From contig OZ242374.1 in the NCBI GenBank assembly GCA_965209055.1, positions 5,088,001 through 5,152,000 on the forward strand: a stretch of 64,000 nucleotides of DNA, given 5' to 3'. Position 1 is the stretch's first letter; each line of letters opens with the position of its first letter. Below are positions 20,690 to 32,094 of the stretch, one piece after another. The notes beneath the pieces were generated by a model. The model saw only the letters and a list, made by a program, of their open reading frames with translations. It ran no database searches and was not told the DNA's origin. A program made the position numbers and the translations under genes. This DNA comes from Acidobacteriota bacterium. GTDB lineage: Bacteria; Acidobacteriota; UBA6911; RPQK01; JAJDTT01.

Positions 20690-23600
20690 TCAGCGCTGGA
20701 ACAGGGACTCCGCGGGATTGTTGCGGAGTTCATGGTACTCCTGAAGGCTCTTGATCCGGATCTCTTCCCGCTGCAGTGCCCGGATGGCGCTGACGGCCGC
20801 GGCCGCGGCAGAGAGCGTGGTGATGCAGGGGGTGCCGTACTGGATGCATGCCCGCCGAATGGCCTTTTCGTCGAAGAAGGACTCCCGGCCCAAGGGGGTG
20901 TTCACCACCAGGTGGATCTTCTTGCTCTTGATCAGATCCACCACGTTGGGCCGCCCCTCGTTCACCTTGTAGACCGTCTCCACTTCCATTCCCGACAGCG
21001 CCAGGACCTTGGCAGTGCCGCTGGTGGCCACCACCTGGAAACCCAGGCGCTGAAAATCCTGGGCGATGGTGATGACGTAGCGCTTGTCCCGCTCGTTGAC
21101 GCTCAGGAAGACGACTCCGGACTTTGGCAGGTGGTTGCCGGCGCTGGTCTGAGCCTTGGCGTAAGCGTAGCCGAAGGACTCGTCTCCCCCCATGACCTCG
21201 CCCGTCGACCGCATTTCCGGTCCCAGGATCGTGTCGACGCCGGGAAACTTGGCAAAGGGAAAAACCGGGGTCTTCACGAAGCAACTGGTGACGTCCAGAT
21301 CCCGAGTCAGTCCCAGCTCGGAGAGCTTTCTTCCGATCATGAGCCTGGCGCCCACCTTGGCCAGCGGGATTCCGGTGGCCTTGCTCACGAAGGGGATGGT
21401 GCGGCTGGCCCGCGGGTTCACCTCCAGGACGTAGACGCGCTCCTCCACCACCGCGAACTGAATATTCATGAGGCCCACGACCTGGAGCGCTTCCCCCAGG
21501 CGCCGCGTGTAGTCCCGCATGGTCTCCAGGTGCTCTTCCTCGATGATGATGGGCGGCAGGACCGACGTGCTGTCCCCCGAGTGGATGCCCGCCTCCTCGA
21601 TGTGCTCCATGATCCCGGCGATGATCACGTTCTCGCCGTCGGCCAGGGCGTCCACGTCATATTCCCGGGCATCTTCCAGGAACTTGTCGATCAGGATGGG
21701 GCGTTGGGGCGAGACGTCCACGGCTGAGCTGACGTACCCGTCCAGAGAGGCCTCGTCATAGACGATGGCCATGGCTCGCCCGCCCAGCACGTAGGAGGGT
21801 CGAACCAGGAGCGGGTAACCGATACGGCGGCCGATCTTGCGCGCCTGCTCGATGGACATGGCGGTGCCGTTCTCGGGCCGGTTGATGCTCAGTTCCCGAA
21901 GGAGCCGCTCGAAACGCTCCCGATCCTCGGCCAGGTCGATGGACTGGGGAGAGGTTCCGACGATGGGAACCCCGGCCTCGAAAAGGGGCAGCGCCAATTT
22001 CAGAGGGGTCTGACCGCCCAACTGAACCACGACGCCGTCCGGTTGTTCCCGCTGCACCACCGCCATCACGTCCTCGAAGGTCAAGGGCTCGAAGTAGAGG
22101 CGGTCCGAGGTGTCGTAGTCGGTGGAAACCGTCTCCGGGTTGCAGTTGACCATGATGGTCTCGTACCCCTCCTCCTTGAGAGCGAAGGAGGCGTGGCAGC
22201 AGCAGTAGTCGAACTCGATCCCCTGACCGATCCGGTTGGGTCCACTCCCCAGGATCACGATCTTCTTGCCGTCGCCCGGGTCCGCTTCATCCTCGAACTC
22301 GTAACTGGAATACATGTAAGGCGTGTAGGACTCGAACTCGGCCGCGCAGGTGTCGACGCGCTTGAAGACAGGACCGATTCCGTGGTCTCTCCTGAATTTC
22401 CAGACGTCTCGTTCGGTAACGGCGCGACTCCCGGATTCCCGGTTGCGGCTCAGGATCTGAGAAAGCCAAAGGTCGGAGAAGCCGTTTTTCTTGGCGCGAG
22501 CCAGCCTGGCCGGACCGAGGGTCTCCGGACGGTTTCCCTCGAGTTCCTTGATCTGGTCCAGCAGCCGCTCGATCTGCTGCAGAAACCAGTGATCGATGCC
22601 GGTGAGCTCGAAGATCCGGTCCCGGGTGTATCCATGCTCGAAGGCCAGGAAAACGTGAGCGAGACGGCTCGGATTGGGACGAACCAAGTGCTCGTTGATG
22701 CGCGTCGGACAGGTCTGCTCGGCAAACAGCGTCTTGTCCGTCTCCAGGGACCGGACTCCTTTGAGAAGGGCTTCGCGGAAGGTCCTGCCGATGGCCATCA
22801 CTTCCCCGACCGACTTCATCTGCGTCCCCAGCAACGGTTCGGATTGGGGAAACTTCTCGAAATTCCAGCGCGGAATCTTCACGACCACGTAGTCCAAGGT
22901 GGGCTCGAAGGAGGCGGGCGTCTTGAGGGTGATGTCGTTGGGAATCTCATCCAGCGTGTAACCCACCGCCAGCTTCGCAGCGACCTTGGCAATGGGAAAG
23001 CCGGTGGCCTTGGAAGCCAGCGCCGAACTCCGGCTCACCCGGGGATTCATCTCGATGACCACCATTCGCCCGTCGTCCGGATTGACGGCGAACTGGATGT
23101 TCGAGCCGCCCGTGTCCACTCCGATCTTGCGGATGATTTGGATGGCCGCATCCCGCATCGTCTGGTATTCCCGGTCGGTGAGGGTCTGTGCGGGAGCCAC
23201 GGTGATGGAATCCCCGGTGTGGACACCCATGGGATCGAAATTCTCGATGGAGCAGATGATGACCACGTTGTCGTTCAGGTCGCGCATCACCTCCAGCTCG
23301 AATTCCTTCCATCCCAGAACCGATTCTTCGACCAGGATCTCGCCGATGGGCGAAAGCTGGATTCCCCGGTCCGAGATCTCCTGAAATTCCTCGGTGTTGA
23401 AGGCGATGCCGCCGCCGGTGCCTCCCAACGTAAAGGAGGGACGGATCACGGCGGGAAGCCCCACCCTTTCCAGAATCTCCTGGCTCTCCTTCAAACTGGT
23501 GGCAAAACCGGAACTGGGGACCTGGAGCCCGATTTCCTCCATGGCCGCGCGGAAAAGGCGCCGGTCCTCCGCCATCTGAATCGCATCCAGATTGGCGCCG

Positions 23601-23947
23601 ATCATTTCGACGCCCATCTCCCGGAGCAGGCCGCTCTCGCTGAGTTGAACCGAGACATTGAGGCCGGTCTGCCCGCCCACGGTGGGCAATATGGCATCGG
23701 GGCGTTCCCGCCTGATGATTTCGCCGACGTATTCCGGCGTCAGCGGCTCCACGTAGGTCCGGACCGCGACTTCCGGGTCGGTCATGATGGTGGCGGGATT
23801 GGAGTTGACCAGGATGACCTGGAACCCGTCCTGCATCAGGGCCTTGCAGGCCTGGGTCCCGGAATAATCGAACTCGCAGGCCTGGCCGATGACAATGGGG
23901 CCCGAGCCGATGATCAGGATCTTCTCAATGTCGTCTCGCCTGGGCAT
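20690..23947 (-). CDS. carB: Carbamoyl-phosphate synthase large subunit
   Basis: [17 protein letters not shown], duplicated ATP-grasp, MGS domain. Confidence 0.99.
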   Translation of the reverse strand: MPRRDDIEKILIIGSGPIVIGQACEFDYSGTQACKALMQDGFQVILVNSNPATIMTDPEVAVRTYVEPLTPEYVGEIIRRERPDAILPTVGGQTGLNVSVQLSESGLLREMGVEMIGANLDAIQMAEDRRLFRAAMEEIGLQVPSSGFATSLKESQEILERVGLPAVIRPSFTLGGTGGGIAFNTEEFQEISDRGIQLSPIGEILVEESVLGWKEFELEVMRDLNDNVVIICSIENFDPMGVHTGDSITVAPAQTLTDREYQTMRDAAIQIIRKIGVDTGGSNIQFAVNPDDGRMVVIEMNPRVSRSSALASKATGFPIAKVAAKLAVGYTLDEIPNDITLKTPASFEPTLDYVVVKIPRWNFEKFPQSEPLLGTQMKSVGEVMAIGRTFREALLKGVRSLETDKTLFAEQTCPTRINEHLVRPNPSRLAHVFLAFEHGYTRDRIFELTGIDHWFLQQIERLLDQIKELEGNRPETLGPARLARAKKNGFSDLWLSQILSRNRESGSRAVTERDVWKFRRDHGIGPVFKRVDTCAAEFESYTPYMYSSYEFEDEADPGDGKKIVILGSGPNRIGQGIEFDYCCCHASFALKEEGYETIMVNCNPETVSTDYDTSDRLYFEPLTFEDVMAVVQREQPDGVVVQLGGQTPLKLALPLFEAGVPIVGTSPQSIDLAEDRERFERLLRELSINRPENGTAMSIEQARKIGRRIGYPLLVRPSYVLGGRAMAIVYDEASLDGYVSSAVDVSPQRPILIDKFLEDAREYDVDALADGENVIIAGIMEHIEEAGIHSGDSTSVLPPIIIEEEHLETMRDYTRRLGEALQVVGLMNIQFAVVEERVYVLEVNPRASRTIPFVSKATGIPLAKVGARLMIGRKLSELGLTRDLDVTSCFVKTPVFPFAKFPGVDTILGPEMRSTGEVMGGDESFGYAYAKAQTSAGNHLPKSGVVFLSVNERDKRYVITIAQDFQRLGFQVVATSGTAKVLALSGMEVETVYKVNEGRPNVVDLIKSKKIHLVVNTPLGRESFFDEKAIRRACIQYGTPCITTLSAAAAAVSAIRALQREEIRIKSLQEYHELRNNPAESLFQR

Positions 23948-23980
23948 GCCTGCTGTGCTCGAGGGCTTGGTCCGCGGAAC

Positions 23981-25069
23981 TCAACCTGGCCGATGGGCTC
24001 GCATCAGGTCGAGGAAATCGTCGAACAGGTACATGGAATCATGGGGGCCCGGAGAAGCCTCGGGATGATACTGCACGGAAAAAGCCGGCAGCGACCGGTG
24101 CCGCATGCCTTCCAGAGTCCGGTCGTTGAGGTTGACATGGGTCAACTCGACGATGTCTTCGTCCAAGGAATCGGGGTCCACGGCGAATCCGTGATTCTGG
24201 GACGTGATCTCGATCTTTCGAGTCACCAGGTTTTGGACCGGCTGATTGCCGCCTCGATGCCCGAACTTCAACTTGAAGGTCCGGCCTCCGAGGGCCAATC
24301 CCAAAAGCTGATGACCCAGGCAGATTCCGAAGACGGGTCTGCGTCCCAGCAGTTTCTTGACGTTGGCGACAATGTAGTCGAGGGGTTCCGGGTCACCGGG
24401 ACCATTCGACAGGAAGACACCGTCCGGGTCCATGGCCAGAACATCCTCGGCAGGCGTGGTTGCCGGGACCACGGTGACGTTGCACCCACGGGACGCGAGG
24501 CATCGAAGGATATTGTGTTTGATCCCGAAATCGTAGGCCACCACTCGGAATTTGGACTCCTCCACCGGCCAGGAATAGGACTCGGTGGTGGTGACGAACT
24601 TCACGCAATCCAGTCCGGCCATCGTCGGATGGGCCAGGACTTTCCTCCGTATGGAATCGACCGACGACGTGGAGATTCCGCCCCGCATGGCCCCCTTCTC
24701 CCGGATGCGGCGAACCAGGGCGCGGGTGTCGATCTCGGAGATGCCGCTGATTCCATGCTGCTTCAGATAGGCGTCCAGCGTTCGCTCCCCACGCCAGTTG
24801 CTGAAGATGGGACTGCATTCACGGAGGACGAAGCCTTCCACCTGGGGCTTGGAGGACTCTCCATCTTCAGAGTTCGTACCGTAGTTTCCGATTTGGGGCT
24901 GGGTCATCACCACGATCTGACCGGCATAGGAGGGGTCGGTCAGAATTTCCTGGTATCCCGTCATGGAGGTGTTGAAGACCACCTCGCCCAATGTTTCCGT
25001 GTCTGCGCCGAAGGCGACGCCTTCGTACACGGTCCCATCTTCCAGATATAGAATCGCCCGTTTGTCCAC
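23981..25069 (-). CDS. carA: Carbamoyl-phosphate synthase small subunit
   Basis: [33 protein letters not shown]. Confidence 0.98.
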   Translation of the reverse strand: MDKRAILYLEDGTVYEGVAFGADTETLGEVVFNTSMTGYQEILTDPSYAGQIVVMTQPQIGNYGTNSEDGESSKPQVEGFVLRECSPIFSNWRGERTLDAYLKQHGISGISEIDTRALVRRIREKGAMRGGISTSSVDSIRRKVLAHPTMAGLDCVKFVTTTESYSWPVEESKFRVVAYDFGIKHNILRCLASRGCNVTVVPATTPAEDVLAMDPDGVFLSNGPGDPEPLDYIVANVKKLLGRRPVFGICLGHQLLGLALGGRTFKLKFGHRGGNQPVQNLVTRKIEITSQNHGFAVDPDSLDEDIVELTHVNLNDRTLEGMRHRSLPAFSVQYHPEASPGPHDSMYLFDDFLDLMRAHRPG

Positions 25070-25123
25070 GTCTCTTGGATCCTCGAATCAGGGAGGTCTG
25101 GTCGTGCCGGGCCCGTCTCCCGG

Positions 25124-25720
25124 CTATTCGATCATGCCCGCCTTGGAGACGGGCCAGTATCGGAACACGGCCTTCCCGAAAATATTCCGGCGCGGCACGC
25201 ATCCCCAGTTTCGACTGTCGTTGCTGGAATTTCTCCGATCTCCCAGTACAAAGAACTGGTCCTCAGGAACCTTGGCCGTGTGATAGTCGTGGTCCAGGTA
25301 CTCAGGCCGCAAATAAGGTTCCTCCAAGCGCCGGCCGTCGACGAATACGACACCTCCTTTGATCTCCACGGTTTCACCGGGAATCCCAATGACCCGTTTG
25401 ATGAAAGACTTGGCCGGGTTCCTAGGGTACCAGAAGACCACGATATCGCCGCGTTCGATGTTCGAGAAACGATAGGAAAGCTTGCTGACAAAAATTCGTT
25501 CCTGATCTGCCAGGCGGGGGGCCATGCTGGTCCCCTCCACCTTGACCGGCTGGACCACGAATACGACGATGAGGACGGCGGCGACTGCGGCGACGAGGAT
25601 GTCTCGAGCCCAACCGCGCAACTCTTTGAAAATGCCGGCCAGAGATCCCTGGTTCTCGCTGTCCCGGGCCTCTGTCCGTTCCTGTCGGACCGCGGTTTCC
25701 AGCGGTTGCTCTTCCGGCAT
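25124..25720 (-). CDS. lepB: Signal peptidase I
   Basis: TM helix, GTSMAPRL, FIKRVIG.PG, LGDRRNSSNDSR; start approximate. Confidence 0.94.
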   Translation of the reverse strand: MPEEQPLETAVRQERTEARDSENQGSLAGIFKELRGWARDILVAAVAAVLIVVFVVQPVKVEGTSMAPRLADQERIFVSKLSYRFSNIERGDIVVFWYPRNPAKSFIKRVIGIPGETVEIKGGVVFVDGRRLEEPYLRPEYLDHDYHTAKVPEDQFFVLGDRRNSSNDSRNWGCVPRRNIFGKAVFRYWPVSKAGMIE

Positions 25721-25929
25721 TTCCTCCTGGACCGCTCCCTCCAACGAGGCTCATTGATACCATAGTCCGGAAAGCGAACTCAACCGGGCCGGCGAGCCCC
25801 ACGCCCGTAGTTTCCTTGGTGGTCGAGGCATGATAAACCGCGTCTAGCACTTCGTTGACAACCCCCGGAATCCGCTGAGGACCCCGCCGGATACCGGCGG
25901 GTTGCGGACCGGAAACAGGAGTACGCCGC

Positions 25930-26475
25930 ATGCTGGTGCCCGGCCGACTGTTCCTGACGCGTGGTTCCGGACGCCACCGCGAAAAACTCATCAGTTGGGA
26001 ATTGGCGCTCCATGACGCCGGGATCTCCTCCTTCAACCTGGTTCGCGTCTCCAGCATCTTTCCTCCCGGATGCAGGCTGGTCAGCAGCGAGGAAGGACTG
26101 AAAGCGTTGGTTCCCGGTCAAGTGGTGTTCGCCGTGCTCAGCAAGAATACGACTTCGGAGCCCGGCCGAATGATTGCCGCGTCCATCGGTTTGGCCGCGC
26201 CCCGGGATTCGAACCGGCATGGCTACCTGAGCGAGCACCACAGCTTCGGAGAAACTGCGGCGACAGCGGGAAACCACGCCGAAAACGTGGCAGCTCAGAT
26301 GCTGTCCGCAAGCCTGGGCCTGCCCTCGCGCGAGGATGACGCCGGCAACGGCAGGACGCGGCGCCGGGAACGATGCGGCGAGTTCGCCGAAACCACCAGT
26401 ATCGCCCAGTGCGCCACCGGTGACCGGGGCGGTCTGTGGACGACCGTCGTCGCGGCCGCAGTCCTGCTGCCGTGA
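25930..26475 (+). CDS. pdaD: Pyruvoyl-dependent arginine decarboxylase
   Basis: ALHDAGI..FNLVRVSSIFPP self-cleavage site, GYLSEHH, WTTVVAAAV. Confidence 0.85.
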   Translation: MLVPGRLFLTRGSGRHREKLISWELALHDAGISSFNLVRVSSIFPPGCRLVSSEEGLKALVPGQVVFAVLSKNTTSEPGRMIAASIGLAAPRDSNRHGYLSEHHSFGETAATAGNHAENVAAQMLSASLGLPSREDDAGNGRTRRRERCGEFAETTSIAQCATGDRGGLWTTVVAAAVLLP

Positions 26476-26542
26476 TCCGCCGGGGAAGAGGGTCGCGACG
26501 TGGCAACCGAACCAGCCACGCCGGAAGGAATGGGCGCTCGGC

Positions 26543-27112
26543 TCAGACCTCCAGGACCTCACTCTCTTTCAGCCGGCCCAGATCATCCGCCTCGGCGATG
26601 AAGTCGTCGGTGATCTTCTGGACCTTATCGTACCCGCGATGCTCGTCATCCTCGGAGATGGCCTTGCTCCTGGAAAGTTTCTTCAACCGGTCGTTGGAGC
26701 TGCGCCGGATGTTTCTGACCGCGGTCCGGTGCTGTTCGGTCACCTTGCGGACATGCCTGGCCAACTGCTTGCGCCGCTCCTCGGTCAGCGGAGGGATGGG
26801 CACCCGGATGAGCCGTCCGTCGCTGGAAGGATTAAGGCCCAGATTGGAGGCCAGAATCGCCCGGGTGATGTTCTCGATCTGGGTCGGGTCCCAGGGCTGG
26901 ATGGTCACCATGGTCGCTTCCGCCACGTGCAAGGTGGCGAGCTGGCTGATGGGCGTCAACGTCCCGTAGTAGTCCACCCTGATGGGATCGAACAGATGGA
27001 GGGAGGCGCGTCCCGTGCGGACCGTCGCCAACTCCCGGCTCAGATCCTCCACGGACTTTCGCATCCGGGTCCGGGTTTCAGTCAACACCTGCTCGACGGA
27101 GTTTCCGTTCAT
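26543..27112 (-). CDS. frr: Ribosome recycling factor
   Basis: VRTGRAS, VDYYG, PPLTEERR, AVRNIRR. Confidence 0.97.
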   Translation of the reverse strand: MNGNSVEQVLTETRTRMRKSVEDLSRELATVRTGRASLHLFDPIRVDYYGTLTPISQLATLHVAEATMVTIQPWDPTQIENITRAILASNLGLNPSSDGRLIRVPIPPLTEERRKQLARHVRKVTEQHRTAVRNIRRSSNDRLKKLSRSKAISEDDEHRGYDKVQKITDDFIAEADDLGRLKESEVLEV

Positions 27113-27164
27113 GCTGTCCCCCCCTTGAGCCGCTCGGCGTCCCGGGCAAACCGGGAACGGCGTT

Positions 27165-27923
27165 TCAGTGGCTGATGACGGAACCAACCTTCTTGCCCAG
27201 GACCGCGTTCGTGATGTTCCCCTTCTGCCGGAGACTGAACACAACGATGGGCAGATCGTGATCCATGCACAACGATATGGCCGTTGCGTCCATCACCTTG
27301 AGGCCTTTTTCCAGAACCTGAAGATAGGTCAGCCGGTCGTAGCGTTTGGCATCCGAATTGACTTGGGGATCCGAATCGTAAACGCCGTCGACTTTGGTCC
27401 CCTTCAAGATCGCGTCGGCCCGGATTTCCATCGCTCGCAGGGCCGCCGCCGTGTCGGTGGAGAAATAGGGACTGCCGGTGCCGGCCGCGAAGATGACGAC
27501 CCGTTTCTTCTCCAGGTGCCGGATAGCTCGCCGCCGAATGAAGGGCTCCGCAAGTTCCGAGACATGGATGGCACTCAGGACCCGGGTGTCGACGTCGTTT
27601 TTCTCGAGGGCGTTCTGCAAAGCCAGAGAGTTGATGATGGTGGCCAGCATGCCCATGTAGTCGCCCGTGGCCCGGTCGAACCCGGCCTCACTGACATTCA
27701 CACCGCGAATGATGTTGCCGCCGCCGACTACGACGGCAGTCTCCACACCCAGTTCGTGAACTTCTTTGACCTGGAGGGCGACACCCTCCATCATGGCGGG
27801 ATCGACGCCGAAGTGGCTCTCGCCCATGAGCATCTCGCCGCTGAGCTTGACGAGAAGCCGCCGGTAGGCGGGTCGTTCCAGCTTGACCGGGTCTCCCAAC
27901 GGCGCCTGGCTCTCCTGGGGCAA
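27165..27923 (-). CDS. pyrH: UMP kinase
   Basis: [29 protein letters not shown]; TTG start after AGGAGG. Confidence 0.97.
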   Translation of the reverse strand: MPQESQAPLGDPVKLERPAYRRLLVKLSGEMLMGESHFGVDPAMMEGVALQVKEVHELGVETAVVVGGGNIIRGVNVSEAGFDRATGDYMGMLATIINSLALQNALEKNDVDTRVLSAIHVSELAEPFIRRRAIRHLEKKRVVIFAAGTGSPYFSTDTAAALRAMEIRADAILKGTKVDGVYDSDPQVNSDAKRYDRLTYLQVLEKGLKVMDATAISLCMDHDLPIVVFSLRQKGNITNAVLGKKVGSVISH

Positions 27924-27964
27924 AACCGCCTCCTGTGAATGCGAGGAACTCCCCGGCGTCGGTG

Positions 27965-28564
27965 CTAGAGTTCTTCTCCCACCTTGAACCGGCAAAAGCG
28001 ACGGGCCGTGATGTTTTCCTTCAAAGTGGCGATCTTGGACTTGATGAACTGCTCGACGGTGATCGAAGGGTCCTTGACGAAGGGCTGCTCGTAAAGGCAC
28101 ACGGCGGAGTAGTACTTTTCCAAGCGGCCCTCGACGATTCTCTCGACGATAAATTCAGGTTTGCCCGTTGCCAGCGCCTGGTTTCGGTAGATCTCCTTCT
28201 CCCGATCGACCTCCTCGGAATCCACCTCTTCCCGCCGCACGTAAAGGGGGTTGGAAGCAGCCACCTGCATGGCCAGGTCCCGGACGAGTTCCTGGAATTC
28301 ATCGGTGCGTGCCACGAAATCGGTCTCACAATTCACTTCCAGGAGAACACCCAGCTTGCCGCCGGCATGGATGTACTGACCCACCGTCCCCTCGCTGGTG
28401 GCGCGGCCAGACCTCTTGGCGGCTGCGGCCAGGCCCCGTTCGCGCAGGATGACCACGCCTCGATCCAAGTCTCCATCGGCCTCGACCAGCGCCCTCTTGC
28501 ACTCCATCATTCCGGCGCCGGTCCGGTCCCGGAGCGCCTTGACCTGTGCTGCGGTTACACTCAT
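27965..28564 (-). CDS. tsf: Elongation factor Ts (short ~199 aa form)
   Basis: [24 protein letters not shown]. Confidence 0.98.
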   Translation of the reverse strand: MSVTAAQVKALRDRTGAGMMECKRALVEADGDLDRGVVILRERGLAAAAKRSGRATSEGTVGQYIHAGGKLGVLLEVNCETDFVARTDEFQELVRDLAMQVAASNPLYVRREEVDSEEVDREKEIYRNQALATGKPEFIVERIVEGRLEKYYSAVCLYEQPFVKDPSITVEQFIKSKIATLKENITARRFCRFKVGEEL

Positions 28565-28625
28565 TTTCGATCGACCTTCCCGCTGAAACGCTTGGTGCGC
28601 CGCTTCCTGTCGGACGCCCTGATTG

Positions 28626-29552
28626 TTATTCGGAGGTGGGGGCAGTCGCGGCCCGCACCGCGGGCGCGGGAGTGGCCGCCACGGCGGCATCGGGCGGTGT
28701 CGAGGTCTCCTGCGCCGCCTGCTCCTGCGCCGCCTGCTCTTGCGCGGCCTTCTCCTGGAGCACCTTCTCTCGCAGAGCCCTCTCGCGAGCCGCCTTTTCA
28801 CGGGCCGCTTTCTCGCGGGCCGCCTTTTCCCGGGCCGCTTTCTCGCGGGCCTCTGCCAGACGAGCTTCCCGGATAGCCTTTCCGGCCAGGATCGCATCCG
28901 CGATGGTGGAAGTGAACAGCCTCACCGATCGCAATGCGTCGTCGTTTCCAGGAATCACGAAGTCGACATCGTCAGGATCGCTGTTGGTGTCCACCACGGC
29001 GATCACCGGAATGCCCAGCTTGGCGGCTTCCTTGACGGCGATGACCTCCCGATTCGTGTCCACCACGAAGAGGATGTCGGGGAGCCGCTCCATGTCCCTG
29101 ATGCCGCGCAGATTCTTGTCCAGCTTTTTGCGTTCCCGCTCCAGCCGCGCCACTTCCTTCTTGGAGAGCTTGTCGTAGAAGCCGTTGACCCGTTTTTCTT
29201 CCAGATCCTTGTATCGCTTGATGCTGTTCCGGACGGTCGCAAAATTGGTCAGGAGACCACCGAGCCAACGGTTGTTGACATAGTGGGCCTCGCATCTCTC
29301 GGCTTCCCGTTCAATGGTGTCCTGGGCCTGTCTCTTGGTGCCGACGAACAGCACGGAACTCCCCCGGATGCTCCGCTCGACGAGAAAATCGATGGCCCGT
29401 TTGAAATACCGGAGCGTGGTACGGAGATCGACGATGTGGATGCCGTTTCGCTGGCCGAAAATGAACGGCTTCATCTTCGGATTCCAGCGCCTTGTCTGAT
29501 GCCCGAAATGGACACCGGCGTCCAGCAGTTGCTTGATGGGAATGGAACTCAC
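28626..29552 (-). CDS. rpsB: 30S ribosomal protein S2 with repetitive C-terminal extension
   Basis: [32 protein letters not shown]. Confidence 0.98.
   Translation of the reverse strand: MSSIPIKQLLDAGVHFGHQTRRWNPKMKPFIFGQRNGIHIVDLRTTLRYFKRAIDFLVERSIRGSSVLFVGTKRQAQDTIEREAERCEAHYVNNRWLGGLLTNFATVRNSIKRYKDLEEKRVNGFYDKLSKKEVARLERERKKLDKNLRGIRDMERLPDILFVVDTNREVIAVKEAAKLGIPVIAVVDTNSDPDDVDFVIPGNDDALRSVRLFTSTIADAILAGKAIREARLAEAREKAAREKAAREKAAREKAARERALREKVLQEKAAQEQAAQEQAAQETSTPPDAAVAATPAPAVRAATAPTSE
28705..28852 (-). repeat. 15-bp coding tandem repeats (EKAAR/EQAAQ) in rpsB tail
   Basis: [48 protein letters not shown]. Confidence 0.9.
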
Positions 29553-29566
29553 CGATTTCTCCCTGG

Positions 29567-29959
29567 CTACCTCTTGGAAAATTGGAACCGCTTACGCGCC
29601 CCGGGTTGCCCGTATTTCTTCCGTTCCTTGACCCGCTGATCGCGCCTGAGAAGCCCGGCCTTCTTCAGCGTAGCGCGGAGATCGGGATCGAACTGGAGCA
29701 GGGCACGGGCTATTCCCAGCCGGACGGCGCCGGCCTGTCCGGAATATCCCCCGCCCTTGACGTTGATGTACACGTCGAACTTGTCGTTATTCTCCGTCTG
29801 CGCCAGAGGTTGCAGAACGACAACCTGTTGCGTCCGGTTGCGGAAGTACTCCTGGAAATCGACGTGGTTGACGACGATCTGCCCTTCCCCGGGCATCAGG
29901 AACACTCGTGCAGTGGCGGACTTCCTCTTGCCCGTTCCGTAGTATTGAACCTCGTTCAA
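29567..29959 (-). CDS. rpsI: 30S ribosomal protein S9
   Basis: [32 protein letters not shown]. Confidence 0.98.
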   Translation of the reverse strand: MNEVQYYGTGKRKSATARVFLMPGEGQIVVNHVDFQEYFRNRTQQVVVLQPLAQTENNDKFDVYINVKGGGYSGQAGAVRLGIARALLQFDPDLRATLKKAGLLRRDQRVKERKKYGQPGARKRFQFSKR

Positions 29960-29989
29960 GGAAGATCTCCTGTGGTCGGCGGGGACGAA

Positions 29990-30430
29990 CTAAAGGGCCA
30001 GCGGCTCCGGCTTCTGAGCTTGATGCGGATGGTCGGCGCCAGCATAGATCTTGAGTTTCCGGATCATCCTCTTGCCCAACTTGTTCTTCGGCAGCATACC
30101 TCGAACCGCCAGGCGTACGAGACGATCCGGATACCGGCGCAGCAGATTCTCGGCCGTTATTTCTTTAAGCCCCCCCGGGTAACGGCTGTGGGAATAATAG
30201 ACCTTCTGGGACCACTTCTTCCCGGTCAGGCGCACTTTGTCGGCGTTGACGACGATCACGAATGCGCCGGTATCGAGAAAATCGGTGTAGTTCGGCCGGT
30301 CCTTACCCATGAGAAGGGTAGCCAGACGAGTCGCCAAGCGTCCCAGAACCTGATCGCTGGCGTCCACGACGAACCACTTCCTGTCGATTTCGTCGAAACC
30401 AGGAAGAAACGTCTTATTCGAATTCTTCAT
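29990..30430 (-). CDS. rplM: 50S ribosomal protein L13
   Basis: WFVVDA..LGRLA, HSRYPGG, GMLPKN, HPHQAQKP. Confidence 0.98.
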   Translation of the reverse strand: MKNSNKTFLPGFDEIDRKWFVVDASDQVLGRLATRLATLLMGKDRPNYTDFLDTGAFVIVVNADKVRLTGKKWSQKVYYSHSRYPGGLKEITAENLLRRYPDRLVRLAVRGMLPKNKLGKRMIRKLKIYAGADHPHQAQKPEPLAL

Positions 30431-30467
30431 CTCGCTACACTACGCCCCACGAGTCCAAGAGTCTGGA

Positions 30468-30497
30468 AATCTACCGAACGGACCCGTTCCTTGTCAA
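30468..30497 (-). promoter_or_regulatory. sigma70 promoter of the rplM operon
   Basis: TTGACA-18 bp-TAGATT. Confidence 0.65.
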
Positions 30498-30563
30498 GGC
30501 AGCGCCCTGTCGAATTGCTTTGGGTTCGCGTTCCAGGCAGTTGGGACGTTCAGGACATTGAAG

Positions 30564-31082
30564 ATGAACGGAACCCACAAACGATCGGCGATTCTGGCGG
30601 CGCCGGGGCGCGAACTGCTGATCCTGGCGGCCGCATGCTGCATCCTCGTGGGAACCGCCGTCTGGCACCAGTCGCTGGACTCCCGGACAGACGCGGGCGA
30701 AACCAGGCTGGCGGCGATCGGCGACGGTCGAGGGAGACTGGAAGCAGTTCTGAAGAGGGTCCGGCGCTGGGAAGAGGCGGTCGAAGTCCTGATCCGGTGC
30801 CGCGACCGGGTCCGGGAACTCAAGATCCGTCAGGCATCCCCTCTTTCGCTGTGGAACCGGCTCATGGACCGGTTCCCGTCCGGGGAGGAACTATCCCTGC
30901 ACCGTCTGGATTGGGAGGACGGAACACTGACTCTCGAGGGAACCGCCGCGACACCCTCCGCCGCCGGGACTCTGCTGGACCGTCTGGATCCGGGCGCCGG
31001 ATTTTCCAAAGTGGAACTGCGATCCCTGGAACAAACAGGGAACACCGTCCAATTCGCCGTCACTGCCCGAACCGGGCACTGA
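30564..31082 (+). CDS. PilN-like protein
   Basis: TM helix, coiled coil, ferredoxin-like core (LTLEG.A...F.KVEL); first gene before pilOPQ. Confidence 0.7.
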   Translation: MNGTHKRSAILAAPGRELLILAAACCILVGTAVWHQSLDSRTDAGETRLAAIGDGRGRLEAVLKRVRRWEEAVEVLIRCRDRVRELKIRQASPLSLWNRLMDRFPSGEELSLHRLDWEDGTLTLEGTAATPSAAGTLLDRLDPGAGFSKVELRSLEQTGNTVQFAVTARTGH

Positions 31083-31097
31083 CCGGGATACGCGAGT

Positions 31098-31697
31098 ATG
31101 GAGAGGCTTCGTCGAAAGGTCCGCCAAAAACCTGCCCTTTCCCTGTCCGTCATGGGACTTCTCCTGGCGGGTTCCATCTATGCTTCGACGATCCGTCCGC
31201 TCCAATTCCGCCTCGAGGGGCTGGAGCAGGAATTTCTGCGGGCACGGACCCATCAAAATCAGACCGACTCGGCCCTGGATCGCCTCACGAGGCTCAAGGA
31301 AGAATTCGGCGAGCACCGCACGCTCCTCCAGGACGAGGGAGGACCGGCCGAGGGGGAGACTTCCGGTTCCGAGGCCATCAGTCAAATCGTACGGCTGGCT
31401 CTCCAACGTGGTCTGCGTCCCACACGAGTCTCTCCCTCGACCCCGGTCGTGGAGGAATTCCTGACCCATTGGCCATTGGACCTGGTCGTGGCGGGAGGAT
31501 TTCACGGTCTGGGCCGATTCTTTCAGGATCTCGCGGAACTGGATGAGATCGTCAACGTCCGAAGACTGTCCATCAGCCGCCGGGACCCTTCCCTTCCGGC
31601 GATGACTCTGGACGCTTCCATCTCCCTGACCTTCTTCCGGATCAACCTGCAGGACTTCGACCCGGACCAGGAGCTGGAGCAGGAGGAGGCGCCATGA
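31098..31697 (+). CDS. pilO: PilO-like protein
   Basis: TM, coiled coil, V.GGFHGLGRFFQDLAELDEIVNV. Confidence 0.8.
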   Translation: MERLRRKVRQKPALSLSVMGLLLAGSIYASTIRPLQFRLEGLEQEFLRARTHQNQTDSALDRLTRLKEEFGEHRTLLQDEGGPAEGETSGSEAISQIVRLALQRGLRPTRVSPSTPVVEEFLTHWPLDLVVAGGFHGLGRFFQDLAELDEIVNVRRLSISRRDPSLPAMTLDASISLTFFRINLQDFDPDQELEQEEAP

Positions 31698-32086
31698 TCC
31701 TGGTCCCGCTCCTCCGGTTCGGCGTGTTCCTCAGCCTGGCGGTTGTCAGCCCAAAAAGTCCGGCCGTCTACTCGCCCCAAGGAAAGCCAGACCCGTTCGA
31801 GCCTCGAAACCAGGAGCATCACCACACGATGGAGACTCCATTGACGGCACCCTTGCGGCAACTCGCGATTTCCGAATTGGTGATTGTAGGGACAGCCGTG
31901 GGGAAACTCGGCGTTTTCGTCCTGGTCCAAGGAGCCGACCGCTTGACCCACCTGGCTCCCATGAAAGCCCGATTCGCCGACGGGCACTTGGTGGAGGTCT
32001 CGGGAGACTGGGTGATTTTCCGGGTCGATGGGAATGGCAGGGGCCGGTCCTGGGTCACGAAGCGAATTCGGTCCGCCGGAGAGTAG
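31694..32086 (+). CDS. PilP-like protein
   Basis: Y.PQGKPDPF.P motif and PL....SEL..VG; between pilO and pilQ. Confidence 0.7.
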   Translation: MILVPLLRFGVFLSLAVVSPKSPAVYSPQGKPDPFEPRNQEHHHTMETPLTAPLRQLAISELVIVGTAVGKLGVFVLVQGADRLTHLAPMKARFADGHLVEVSGDWVIFRVDGNGRGRSWVTKRIRSAGE

Positions 32087-32094
32087 CCGAGACC

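Noticed and set aside
22043-25051. 1002-aa plus-strand ORF (likewise 41882..45076, 16656..18938, 55638..57830, 13419..15284)
   Set aside because: Antisense shadows of well-supported genes in GC-rich DNA; no recognisable motifs.
28705-28852. CRISPR-like periodic repeats
   Set aside because: Contiguous 15-bp coding repeats without spacers; no cas genes.
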